Assembly: GCA_012295275.1 (NCBI GenBank) | Contig: CM022676.1 | Location: 5,580,001-5,644,000, forward strand | Source: Chrysomallon squamiferum | Lineage: Eukaryota > Animalia > Mollusca | Direction of reading: 5' to 3' | DNA: 64,000 nt | In this document: positions 49,719-62,013 of the stretch, one piece after another | Layout of the letters: each line of letters opens with the position of its first letter | Position numbering within the stretch: the stretch's first letter is position 1 | Translations under genes and position numbers: made by a program | The notes under the pieces: model-generated | Database searches by the model: none | The model's input: the letters and a program-made list of their open reading frames with translations, nothing else | Told to the model about the DNA's origin: nothing

Positions 49719-51424
49719 GATAAAGGATGAGCAGTTTTTCAAAAAGCTTATGAATGATCTAAAGTTAAAAGTTGATATCAGCAAAATTGTTGTCTTACCC
49801 AATATATCCAGGGATTACCTAATGAAGCTGGAAGCGAGTAAAGGTGTTTTGAAAGAAAATAATATGTTCAACAGCTGCATTTGTTCTGACGAAATACCCT
49901 CAACAGAAGACACGGCAGAGATCCGAAAGCAAAAATTAAACAGTTTGAAAAAGTGGTGTGAAAAAAATATTCAGACGAAGAAGGGATTTAAAGATGATGA
50001 TGAATACAAGGAGGTGGTGAAGAGATACTGTGGCCTCATGTCTGTGGTGGAAATTCCAACGAGTAAAAAGAGAAAAAGAGAAGCGAGGAGGTAAAGTTGA
50101 GGCGCGATCTCTGGGAGAGAGCGTTTCTGAACAAGGTTACAGAATGATGAGAATAATACTGACGAAAAAACAGGCAGACATTTTGAATAGTAAAAAAAAA
50201 CGGATCGTGATTGAAGGCGATTACGGGACGGGCAAAACTATTCTTCTTATGCTAAAAGCAAGACAGATGCTTAAACAGGGCAAGAAAATATGTCTGGCCA
50301 GCAGCCCGGGAACCAGCATAGTTCATTACTTGTACCATGCTGTAACCGAAGGACTGGAAAACAAAACAGATCTGGTGAAAGTTTTTCAAGGAGAATCACT
50401 CAAGTCGATAATTAAATACATCAACAAGGAATCGGCTCATTTGTTTTACGACGAGTTCTTGATTTCTCAACAACGACGTCAGATGAAAATTATGGATAAA
50501 ATAACATCTAAGAACAGCACAGTGTGGATAGTTAAAAGCAAATACGAAAATTCTGACTCAGAGGAAGAGTACTTCGTTGGCTTCGAGAAGATACAGTTTT
50601 GCAAACCACTCCGTTGTCCACTAAACATCCAGGACGTGATGAAGAATGGTGACACATCAAAGTTTCCCTTCGTTGACCATAAAAAGCAGAGAAGTGATAA
50701 ACCGTTTTACCAGTGCGATAAATGTCTATCTGAGATCAGGGTTATATTTTCTCGTCTCGGACTGAAAGTCAATGGACACGATATCTCTCAACCTCAAGCT
50801 TCTGCCACGACATCATCGTCGACGCTTTCAGAACAACATCCAGAGAAGCCCAGCCGTTCAGAAGGTGCCAGTAAAGGTGATCAAGTCGCTGAAAAACACA
50901 GCGTTGACAACGTCAGAGAAGCTAGCACGCAGCAATCACCTACCTCAGCGGCTTCACAAAATATGCGAGAAACAACATCAACACCAGTCAAGACTGTCTC
51001 TCCTGAACCTCTTTCATGGTCAGATGTGCTAGTGGTCACACAAGAACCTCTTTCAAAGCAAGAGTTAGGTTTTCCTGTCAAATATCCTGCAGAACCCGAA
51101 CCTTCACTGAAAAGACAAAGAGATACCGTAGAACCCGAACCTTCAGTCAAAACAGATAGAGATACCGTAGAACCCGAAAGTTCAGGGAAAACAGACAGTG
51201 ATGAAGAAGAAATCAGTTTTGCCACATTCGAAAAGGATCATATGTTGGGCAGCGCCGATTTTGCAGTGGGAACAGATAATGCTGTTGCCGTTTTGGGAAT
51301 TGAAAGGAAAATTGTAGTCATAGTGCATCGGGACTTAACAAAACAGCTTACTCGTGAAATGATGGACGAACTAAAACCATTCCTTTCTAGAAGTACCTCC
51401 TATCTTATATTTGTAAACTGTTAG
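49719..51424 (+). CDS. NERD-like nuclease/SF1 helicase copy 2 (5' part hidden in the gap; one extra A at 50065-50069)
   Basis: Collinear with the intact copy. The only lesion is A5 versus A4 in a homopolymer, which may be a sequencing error. It carries one extra 13-aa repeat (LKRQRDTVEPEPS). Confidence 0.7.
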
Positions 51425-52905
51425 AGAGACAATACAAACCATGACGTAAACTAATACTGCGTTCCTTTGTGTGTATTTATCTTGCAATGAGCTCTTCTAC
51501 TATATAATTAAGTTATTTCTTCTGTGTTTAATTTCTAATTGATTTAAGTACTAATTTTTTTCATATACGTTTTTTATATTAATCTCGAGAGCTGTAAGTT
51601 GACTAATAAAACAGTTAATTTCGTTTAGGTTTTATTTTTATTATTATTTAGGATTGGAGGATGAAATAAATATCTGGGTGCTGTCTTATGATATCCGTTT
51701 TGTCCTCCTCAGGTGAAATAGGCCGATGTTGCCTTCAACAGGTTAAAGCTGATGTCTTAAGGCAATGATCCTATATGTATATATATATCCATAGATACAT
51801 ACATACATACATACATATATATATATATTTACAGCCAGCCTTTCTTCTGACAAAAGATTATGTATGTTTGCCTAGGTTTTTACTTGCCATGTTAGTAGGT
51901 ATATAATAGACTTTTCTATTTCTTTGGTTTTTTCAAAAGGGCTCGAAACTGACTTCATTATTTTGTTATTCAGTAAATTTGAGAACGCGCTCTCCGTAAT
52001 GCTGTGTCTATGTACGACCAGAATTACATTCCTACATGTCGATTGAAGCATGTCCAGTGATTTCCGATCCGATGATTTATGACAGGAGTCTCGGGTTTCT
52101 TCTTGTAATTTTTGTATATACGATTACAAGGTACTTTTTATCTTGCCAGCGAGCTCGAAAATGATCGGTCTAAAGGAATGTAGAGTCAAAATTATTGTTA
52201 AATCAGAATGAGTGTGTGTCTGTGTGTGTGTGTGTGTGAGTGTGTGTGTGTGACTATGCAGTCTTCGTCTTCATATTTCAAAGTTTTGAGTTACTGTAAT
52301 TACGTAGCCCAGGTTATGGCATAAACAAATTTTTCAGGTGTTTTAAGATTCCCTATTTACTTCATTAACCACACAATTCAAACAAACAAGGACAAAGCTG
52401 CATAACTGGAAATTCCTGGTTTCTTTGAAACCTCTGTTTCGGAAAATTCCTATTACTCACAAAAAATTCAGATCAATTAGATAAAACACTGGAAATCTGT
52501 ACTCACTTTGAAATGTTTCAAAAACTTTGATTAACTCTCTCTCTCTCTGTCTCTCTGTCTCTCTATCTCTGTCTCAATATCTGTCTCTCAATCTCTGTCT
52601 CTCTCTGTCTGTCTCTTTATCTCTGTCTCTGTCACTGTCTCTCTATCTCACTATCTCTGTCTCTCTCTCTGTCTCTCAATCTCTGTCTCTATCTTTTTCT
52701 CTCTATCTCAGTCTGTCTCTCTATCTCTGTCTCTCTATCTCTCTGACTCTCTCTCTGTCTCTCTATCTCGGTCTCTCTATCTCTGACTCTCTCTTTCTCC
52801 GGCTCACACTTTCTCTGACTCTGTTTCTTTCTCTGTCTGTCTCTGTCTCTATCTGTGTATCTGTCTCTATCTGTGTCTCTCGCATTTGCTCTCTATCTAC
52901 CTCTC

Positions 52906-54117
52906 GGTTTTCCTGTCAAGTATCCAGCAGAACTAGTGAAAACAGATAGAGATCCACTAGAACCCGAAAGGTCAGTGAAACCAGATAGAGATCCCATACA
53001 ACCCGAAAGTTCAGTGAAAACAGATAGAGATCCCATACAACCCGAAAGTTCAGTGAAAACAGATAGAGATCCTATACAACTCGAAAGTTCAGTGAAACCA
53101 GATACAGATCCCATACAACCCGAAAGTTCAGTGAAAACAGATACAGATCCCGTAGAACTCGAAAGTTCAGTGAAAACAGATACAGATCCCATACAACCCG
53201 AAAGTTCAGTGAAAACAGATAGAGATCCGATACACCCCGAAAGCTCAGTGAAAACAGATAGAGATCCCATACAACCCGAAAGTTCAGTGAAAACAGATCG
53301 AGATCCCATAAAACCCGAAAGTTCTGTGAAAACAGATAGAGATCCCATACAACCCTAAAGTTCAGTGAAAACAGATCGAGATCACATACAACCCCAAAGT
53401 TCAGTAAAAACAGATAGAGATCCTGTAGAACTCGAAATTTCAGTGAAAACATATAGGAATCCCATACAACCCGAAAGTTCAGTGAAAACAGATAGAGATG
53501 CCATACAACTCGAGAAATCAGTGAAAACAGATCGAGATCCCATACAACTCCAAAGTTCAGTGAAAACAGATGGAGATCCCGTACAACCAGAAAGTTCAGG
53601 GAAAACAGATCCAGATCTCATACAAACCGAAAGTTCAGTGAAAACAGATCGAGATACCATACAACTCCAAAGTTCATTGAAAACAGATACAGATCCCATA
53701 CAACCAGAAAGTTCAGTGAAAACAGATACAGATCCCATACTACCCGAAAGTTCAGGGAAAACAGATCCAGATCCCATACAACCCGAAAGTTGAGTGAAAA
53801 CAGATAGAGATGCCATACAACCCGAAGAATCAGTGAAAAGAGAACGTGAAAACAGATAGAGATGCCATACAGCCTGTTCAGTGAAAACAGTTATGAAGAA
53901 GAGATCAGTTTCGCCACATTCGAAAAGGACGATGTTTTGGGCAGCGCTGATTTTGGAATGGGAACAGATAATGCTGTTGCCGTTATGGGAATTGAAAGGA
54001 AAATTGTAGTCATAGTGCATCGTGACTTAACAAAATAGCTTACTCGTGAAATGATGGACGAACTAAAACCAACCCTTTCTAGAAGTACCTCCTATCTTAT
54101 ATTTGTAAACTGTTACA
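52906..54117 (+). pseudogene. 3' fragment of the nuclease-helicase gene with an expanded 39-bp VNTR
   Basis: Same 5' junction as 48891; in-frame stops at 53356-58 and 53791-93 and a degenerate C-terminus. Confidence 0.85.
52936..53885 (+). repeat. 39-bp minisatellite (GTGAAAACAGATAGAGATCCCATACAACCCGAAAGTTCA; VKTDRDPIQPESS), about 23-24 copies
   Basis: Directly visible; derived from a unit present once or twice in the full-length genes. Confidence 0.95.
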
Positions 54118-55109
54118 GAATAGAAACCATGAGACAAAGTAATACTGCGTGCGTGTGTGCTTATTTCTGCGTGAAGCTTTATTTGTGAGAAAAATTCAGT
54201 ATATATGCCAGTATTTATGTGTGTCTGTATGTATGTATGTATAAATGTATATATTTATGTATGTATTTATATGTTTGTGTGTTTATGTTGCAATATGCAC
54301 TTCTACTTCATAATTAAGTTACTTCTTTACTGTTTAAATTCCAGTTGATTTAAGTATAATTTTAGAGAGAGAATACAAACCATGACGGAAAGTAATACTG
54401 CTTACGAGTAATATGTCATCTGTCAATCAGCACTTCTACTATATAATTAAGTTACTTCTTTTGTGTTTAATTTCTAGTTGATTTAAGTACTAATTTTCTT
54501 CATGTATAATTTTAGTGTTAATGTCGAGAGCTGTAAGTTGACAAATAAAATATTTAATTTCAATAACTTTTTTATTATTATTATTTAGGATTGCAGGATA
54601 AAATAAATATTTGTTTGCTGTCTTAAGGTATCAGTTTTATCCTGCTCAGGTGGAATATACCAATGCTGCTCTGCTTAGCCTCGCTCAGTCGAGTCATTCT
54701 CACCTTCAACATGATAAAGCTGATATCTCAAGGCAGTGGTTCTACTATATACAGATTGTTAAATCAGCGTGAATGTGTCTGTGTGTGTGTGTGTGTTTGT
54801 GTGTGCGTGCGTGTCTGTGTGACTATGCAGTCTTCGTCTTCAGGTTTCAAAGTTTCGAGTTACTTTAATGACGTAGCCCAGATTGTAGCCTGATATGATT
54901 GTTCAGGTGTTTTGAGATCTCTCTTTGGTTCAATAACGACGCAAATAGTACCAACAAGTACAGAACTGCTTAACTCCAACACAGGTAATTCCTGCTTTCT
55001 TTGAAAATACACCTGGAAATCTCTTATTAGTCACAGAGACAAATTACTCACGTATTGGATAAAACACTGAAAATCTGTATTGACATTGAAACGTTTCTCA
55101 AACTTTGAT

Positions 55110-55216
<107 letters not shown>

Positions 55217-55403
55217 TGTCTCTCTCTCTCTCGATCTCTCTCTCTCTCTGTATATTTTATTCATTTCTGTATCTTTTTATATCCACATCCTTCAAATTCA
55301 AAACATGTTGTAGTTATCCATCTTTATCTGTTATTCTTGTTTTTTTAGTTTAAATCTGGAACCAGCACACAGAAACGCAAACATATACACGTACAATAAT
55401 AGA

Positions 55404-55448
<45 letters not shown>

Positions 55449-56094
55449 TATAAACACATAATAGTAACAAAGGTATAATACTAGTACTAGCACTACTAGT
55501 AGCAGATGTTGTAGTAGTAGTAGTTGTAGTAGTGTCCTTGTTTCTATTTTCAGAATCTGTAAGAATTAGAGGTCAAAGGTAGAATTTAGCCAAAAGAAGA
55601 CCTAACTATAATTAAACAACATGTAAGAAGACTATTAATAAAAGAACAGATCAGTTAATACTACGTATAGATAGGTGACACACAAACATAGAGATAAAAA
55701 CTAATAGCAATGACAGAAACAATGACACAACAAAATTCATCCGGGTGTAAGCTTCTATTTATACAAACAATAAGCATAAAGGTATGACAAAGGTAGTACA
55801 TTGATTATTCGTTGTATTTGTCACTGACAAAAGGAGACCGATGACATACGTAACTGTAATTAAGGTAAATATTTCTTTGTTTTTGTTTTCTAGTTTGTTT
55901 GTTTTATCAGACAGAGAACAGTTAATAATAATGTTAATTTAAGAACAAATCCGTTAATGTTAGGGGGACGGAGAGAAAGAGGTGACCCACAAACAGAGAT
56001 AGTTGTTACTGAAAAGATCAATTTGTAATTTGACTCAACCTGGTTTTGTACGTAAATATGAATGCATTGTCTGTAGGTGTATGTCTATGTAAAC

Positions 56095-56139
<45 letters not shown>

Positions 56140-56786
56140 TTGCTTGAACATTTGTTTGTGTAAATATATATTTATTGTCCATATGTGTGTTTACATATCT
56201 GGATATATATGCTAGAGTGTTTGTATGTATGTATATATAAGTATTTAAGTAATTATTATGATCCAGTGTATGTTTATATGTATGTGTATATGTATATGTA
56301 TGTGTGTTTACATAAATATATAGATCTTATATGTATTTGTGTGTACGTATATGTGTTTGTATGGACCCACGTACATATTTAGATACTCATACAGATATAC
56401 AAACAGTATGCACACAGTAGCAGCAATAGTTATAATAATAGTAACAGCAGTATTATTGTTGTTCTTGTTGTTGTTGCTGTTATTATTATTATATTTATTA
56501 GATTTTCACTGCAATATTTTAATAAATATTTTTTATTTTACAGTATAAAAACACTCTTTTTTAGTGTATCACCAATGAAATAAGATATTAAAACAACGCG
56601 AAGAAATTTAGAAACAATTTTAACAACACTTTGAAATTCGTAATTCACAATACAATTAGATAAAGGAAAAACAAATTCAACAATGGAAACAAATTCGAGG
56701 AGAAAGTACGTAAAAAAATAATAATAATAAAAAAAAAGTATCCAAAATTCAATTTCAACCGATGTCAAAATTAAATTATCCAAAAT

Positions 56787-58976
56787 ATGGAAGAAAAAAT
56801 TAAAAATTTAACCGTGAGGACACCCGAAAGTAAAATCGCGAGTTTCGAAAAGCAAGCAAATGAATGTGTTAAACACTACTTCCCAGATATTCTGACAAAG
56901 ACTTACAGAATCCCAGCCGTTTACTTCCCAAAAGAGAAACTGGACACAGAAAAAGACGCGGATTACGAATTACTGGCTCAGAGTAACGAACCAACAGTCC
57001 ACGGCGAAGAGGCAGAGAGACGCTTCATTGATGCTCTGGAATCTATGAAGAATTTCCGTACAGAACATAACGAAGAACCAATGATGATACTTTCCGGCTA
57101 TAAATTCGAGAATTTTCTTTGCAAGGAGAAGAGTAAATTCTCCGAGAAAGAAGAAGGAGAGCATGATGTCTTGTTACTGCATCTCAAACATGGAGTGTTT
57201 TTTTTCCAGGTTAAAGGGATCGAAGAATACAAAGGCACCCGTTCGAAAACAAGCAAGGATTCCCATCATAGAAAGGTGAAGAAGTATGTAAAATCGAGCA
57301 TCGACCAACTGATAAAGGATGAGGAGTTTTTCAATGATGTTATGAAAGATCTAAAGTTAAAAGTTGATACCAGCAAAATTGTTGTTTTACCCAATATCTC
57401 CAGGAATTACCTAATGAACCTGAGAGCGAGTAAAGGTGCTTTGAAAGAAAAGAATATGTTAAACAGCTGCATTTGTTTTGACGAAATATCCTTAACAGAA
57501 GACACGGCAGAGATCAGAGACCAAAAATTCAACTGTTTGAAAAAGTGGTCTGAAGAAAATATTGAGACGAAGAAGGGATTTAAAGATGATGATGAATACA
57601 TTGAGGTGGTGAAGAGATACTGTGGCCTCATGTCTGTGGTGGAAATTCCAACGAGTAAAAGAGAAAAAGAGAAGCGAGGAGGTAAAGTTGAGGCGCGATC
57701 TCTGGGAGAGAGCGTTTCTGAACAAGGTTACAGAATAATGAGAATAATACTGACGAAAAAACAGGCCGACATTTTGAATAGTGACAAAAAACGGATCGTG
57801 CTTGAAGGCGATTACGGGACAGGCAAAACTATTCTTCTTATGCTAAAAGCAAGACAGATGCTTAAACAGGGCAGGAAAATATGTCTGGCGAGCGGCCCGG
57901 GAACCAGCATAGTTCATTACTTGTACCATGCTGTAACTGAAGGACTGGAAAACAAAACAGATCTGGTGAAAGTTTTTCAAGGAAAATCACTCAAGTCGAT
58001 AATTAAATACATCAACGAGGAATCGGCTCATTTGTTTTACGACGAGTTTAGGATTTCTCAACAACGACGTCAGATGAAAATTATGGATAAAATAAAATCT
58101 AAGAACAGCACAGTGTGGATAGTTAAAAGCAACTATGAAAAGTCTGACTCAGATGAAGACTACTTTGATGGCTTCGAGAAGATACAGTTTTGCAAACCAC
58201 TCCGTTGTCCACTAAACATCCAGGACGTGATGAAGAATGGTGACACATCAAAGTTTCCCTTCGTTGACCATAAAAAGCATAGTAGGGATAAAACGTTTTA
58301 CCAGTGCGATAAATGTCAATCTGAAATCAGTGATATATTTTCTTCTCTCGGACTGAAAGTCAATGGAAACGATATCTCTCAACCTCAAGCTTCTGCCACG
58401 ACATCATCGTCGACGCTTTCAGAACAACATCCACCGAAGCCCAGCCGTTCAGAAGGTGCCAGTGAACGTGATCAAGTCGCTGAAAAACACAGCGTTGACA
58501 ACGTCAGTGAAACTAGCAGGCAGCAGTCACCTAGCTCAGCGGCTTCACAAAATATGCGAGAAACAACATCACCACCAGTCACGACTGTCTCTCCTGAACC
58601 TCTTTCATGGTCAGATGTGCTAGTGGTCACACAAGAACCTCTTTCAAAGCAAGAGTTAGGTTTTCCTGTCAAGTATCCTGCAGAACCCGAACCTTCAGTC
58701 AAAACAGATAGAGATACCGTAGAACCCGAAAGTTCAGGGAAAACAGACAGTGATGAAGAAGAAATCAGTTTTGCCACATTCGAAAAGGATCATGTGTTGG
58801 GCAGCGCCGATTTTGCAATGGGAACAGATAATGCTGTTGCCGTTATGGGAATTGAAAGGAAAATTGTAGTCATAGTGCATCGTGACCTAACAAAACAGCT
58901 TACTCGTGAAATGATGGACGAACTAAAACCATTCCTTTCTAGAAGTACCTCCTATCTTATATTTGTAAACTGTTAG
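56787..58976 (+). CDS. Intact 729-aa protein with intronless CDS: N-terminal NERD/PD-(D/E)xK-like nuclease + Schlafen-like SF1 helicase/ATPase (copy 3)
   Basis: Nuclease-like motifs HGEEAERRF, EGEHDVLLLHLKHGVFFFQVKG and SSIDQL. Helicase motifs LTKKQ, Walker A EGDYGTGKT, Walker B HLFYDE, KPLRCPLNI, motif V-like MGIERKIVVIV and motif VI-like LSRSTSYLIFV. An in-frame stop lies just upstream of the ATG. Confidence 0.88.
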   Translation: MEEKIKNLTVRTPESKIASFEKQANECVKHYFPDILTKTYRIPAVYFPKEKLDTEKDADYELLAQSNEPTVHGEEAERRFIDALESMKNFRTEHNEEPMMILSGYKFENFLCKEKSKFSEKEEGEHDVLLLHLKHGVFFFQVKGIEEYKGTRSKTSKDSHHRKVKKYVKSSIDQLIKDEEFFNDVMKDLKLKVDTSKIVVLPNISRNYLMNLRASKGALKEKNMLNSCICFDEISLTEDTAEIRDQKFNCLKKWSEENIETKKGFKDDDEYIEVVKRYCGLMSVVEIPTSKREKEKRGGKVEARSLGESVSEQGYRIMRIILTKKQADILNSDKKRIVLEGDYGTGKTILLMLKARQMLKQGRKICLASGPGTSIVHYLYHAVTEGLENKTDLVKVFQGKSLKSIIKYINEESAHLFYDEFRISQQRRQMKIMDKIKSKNSTVWIVKSNYEKSDSDEDYFDGFEKIQFCKPLRCPLNIQDVMKNGDTSKFPFVDHKKHSRDKTFYQCDKCQSEISDIFSSLGLKVNGNDISQPQASATTSSSTLSEQHPPKPSRSEGASERDQVAEKHSVDNVSETSRQQSPSSAASQNMRETTSPPVTTVSPEPLSWSDVLVVTQEPLSKQELGFPVKYPAEPEPSVKTDRDTVEPESSGKTDSDEEEISFATFEKDHVLGSADFAMGTDNAVAVMGIERKIVVIVHRDLTKQLTREMMDELKPFLSRSTSYLIFVNC

Positions 58977-60051
58977 AGAATAGAAACCATGACACAAAGT
59001 AATACTGCGTGCGTGTGTGCGTATGTCTGCGTGAAGCTTTATTTGTGTATTTATTTATATGTTTGTGTTTTTATCTTTCAATACGCACTTCTACTATATA
59101 ATTATGTTATTTCTTTTGTGTTTAATTTCTAGTTCATTTAAGTAGTAATTTTTTTACTAATTATAGTTTTTATATTAGTCTCTAGAGCTGTAAGTTGATA
59201 AATAAAACAGTTAATTTCAATAAGTTTTTCTTTATTATTTAGGACTGCAGGATAAAATAAATATCTGGCTGCGGTCCAATATGCCAACTCTGCTCTGTTT
59301 AGGCTCGCTCAGTTGAGTCATTCTTACCTTCAACAGGAAAAAGCTGAAATCTCAAACCAGTGGTCGTATTATGTATACTTTGTTAAATCAGCATGCGTGT
59401 GTCTTTGTGTGTGTTTGTGTGTGCGTGCGCGTTTGTCTTCGTGTGTGTGAGCGTGTGTCTTGTCTTGGTGTGCGTGTGTGGGTGTGGCTTTGTGTGTGTG
59501 TGCGTGTGTCTTTGTGTGCCTATGACTATGCAGTCTTCGTTTTCATATTTGAAAGTTTCGAGTTACTGCAATTACGTAGCACAGGTTATGGCATGATAAA
59601 ATTCTTCAGATATTTTAAGATTCCCTATTTACTTCATTAAGCACGCAATTCAAACAAACAAGTACAAATCTGCATAACTGCAACAGCGGGAAATTCCTAT
59701 TACTCGTAAAAAATAAAAGAAATTGAGATAATTTAGATAAACCACTGGAAATCTGTACTCACTTTGAAATGTTTCAAAAACTTTGATTAACTGTCTCTCT
59801 CTGTCTCTCTGTCTCTCTGAAAAGATTGTTTAGGTGTTTTAAGATCCCCTATTTACTTCATTAACCACGCAGATCAAGTACAAAGCTGCTTGACTCCAAC
59901 ACTGGAAATTCCTGTTTTCTTTGAAACCTCTGTTTCCAGGTAAATACACCTGGAGATTCCTATTACTCACAGAAAAAAAAAGAAATTCAGATAGTTTAGA
60001 TAACACACTGGAAATCTGTACTCACTTTGAAATGTTTCTAAAACATTCATT

Positions 60052-60176
<125 letters not shown>

Positions 60177-60557
60177 TGTTCACTCTCTCTCTCTCTCTGT
60201 CTCTCCTCTGTTTGGCTCTGCATCTCATTCTTTCTCTCTCTCTCTCTCTCTCTCTATCTCTTTATGTCTCTGTCTGTCTTTCTCTCTCTGTGTCTCCTTC
60301 TCTCTCTTTCTCTCACACTTTCTCTATCTCTTTCTCTTTCTCTGTTTCTTTCTCTCTCTCTCTGAATCTAATTGTCTATCTTTCTCTGTCTACCTGTCTC
60401 TCTCTGTCTCCCTCGCTGTCGCTCTCTATCTAAACCTCTCTGTCTCTCTGTCTCTAACTCCGTGTCTCTCTGTCACTCTATCTCTTTGTCTATCTATGTT
60501 TTTCTCTCTCTCTTTCTCTCTGTTTTTCTCTGTGTTTCTCTCTCTACATGTGCTCTG

Positions 60558-60630
<73 letters not shown>

Positions 60631-61025
60631 TTCTCTGTGTCTCTCTGTCTCGCTGTCGCTATCTGTCTCACTCTTTTTCTCTATGTATATATGTATGTAT
60701 GTTTGCATGTATGTATGTATGTATGCATGTACGCATGTTTGTATGTATATACGTATGTATGTATGTTTGTGTGTAAGCATGTATGTATGTTTGAATGTAT
60801 GTATGTATCTGCGTATGTAGTATGTACTTATGTGTAGTATGTATGTATGTATGTTCATACATTCCCAGGCTTGCACTGTTTTTCCGTTAAACACTAAACT
60901 AGAAAAGAAAAGTGATGATCTGAAGATAAATTTGTTTACTGTGCACAGAATCCACTGCAGGCCGTGATTGGCTGAAAACATCATCTAGTTACTGCTCAGT
61001 GAATTTTGATTTCCCAGCGGAGTCC

Positions 61026-61093
<68 letters not shown>

Positions 61094-61697
61094 ACACAAA
61101 CAATCACAGTCTCATACACACCAAACATAAGTAGATATATATTGCTATCTAAATTAAAATAAAAAATAAAATACTACTACTACTACTAATAATAATAATA
61201 ATAATAATAATAAGAAGAAGAAGAAGAAGGAGAAGAAAAAGATACTATGAAGAAATAAAATATCTTCGCACTTACCAAGTTCCTACTTAAACAAGTAACA
61301 TCCAAAAATAACTCCAAATAAGAAAAATTCCCGTCGCAAAAATAAATGTCGGGGATCTCCCCAAAAGTTATTTATAGAATTTCAAAGTCCTCGTTCAAGT
61401 TAAACGAGAAAACCAACAATAATAATAATAAAAAGAAAAGAACAGGTTTACACTGATTCATGATAATCTCAGATAAGAAAGAGACGTAAATAAAAGAGAC
61501 TTTTAATGCTTACTTGATATCTGAGGTTTATTTCTGTTTTTAAAACAGGTTTAAAGTACTACGTAGTTATTTATGGCTGTTTAGAACACTGGTGCAAAAT
61601 AAGCTAATTATCAAGTCGTTGTTTAAGAACTGCAGACACACACACTCTGTATCTATTTCGTTTTGTGTCATTATACAGTCTTCTTTTCTTTCTTTCA

Positions 61698-61839
<142 letters not shown>

Positions 61840-61982
61840 AAACTATTCATTTCTGTTACTTTTTACATCCATATCCTGTGAATTCAAAACATGTTGTAGT
61901 TATCCATCTTCATCTATTATTGTTGTTGTTTTGTTATAAGTTGGGAACCCGCACACACAAACACCCACAGATACACACGTAA

Positions 61983-62013
<31 letters not shown>

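Noticed and set aside
52936-53885. 39-bp periodic array as a CRISPR array
   Set aside because: Units are contiguous with no unique spacers, derive from the host gene's coding sequence, and there are no cas genes; the DNA is eukaryotic.
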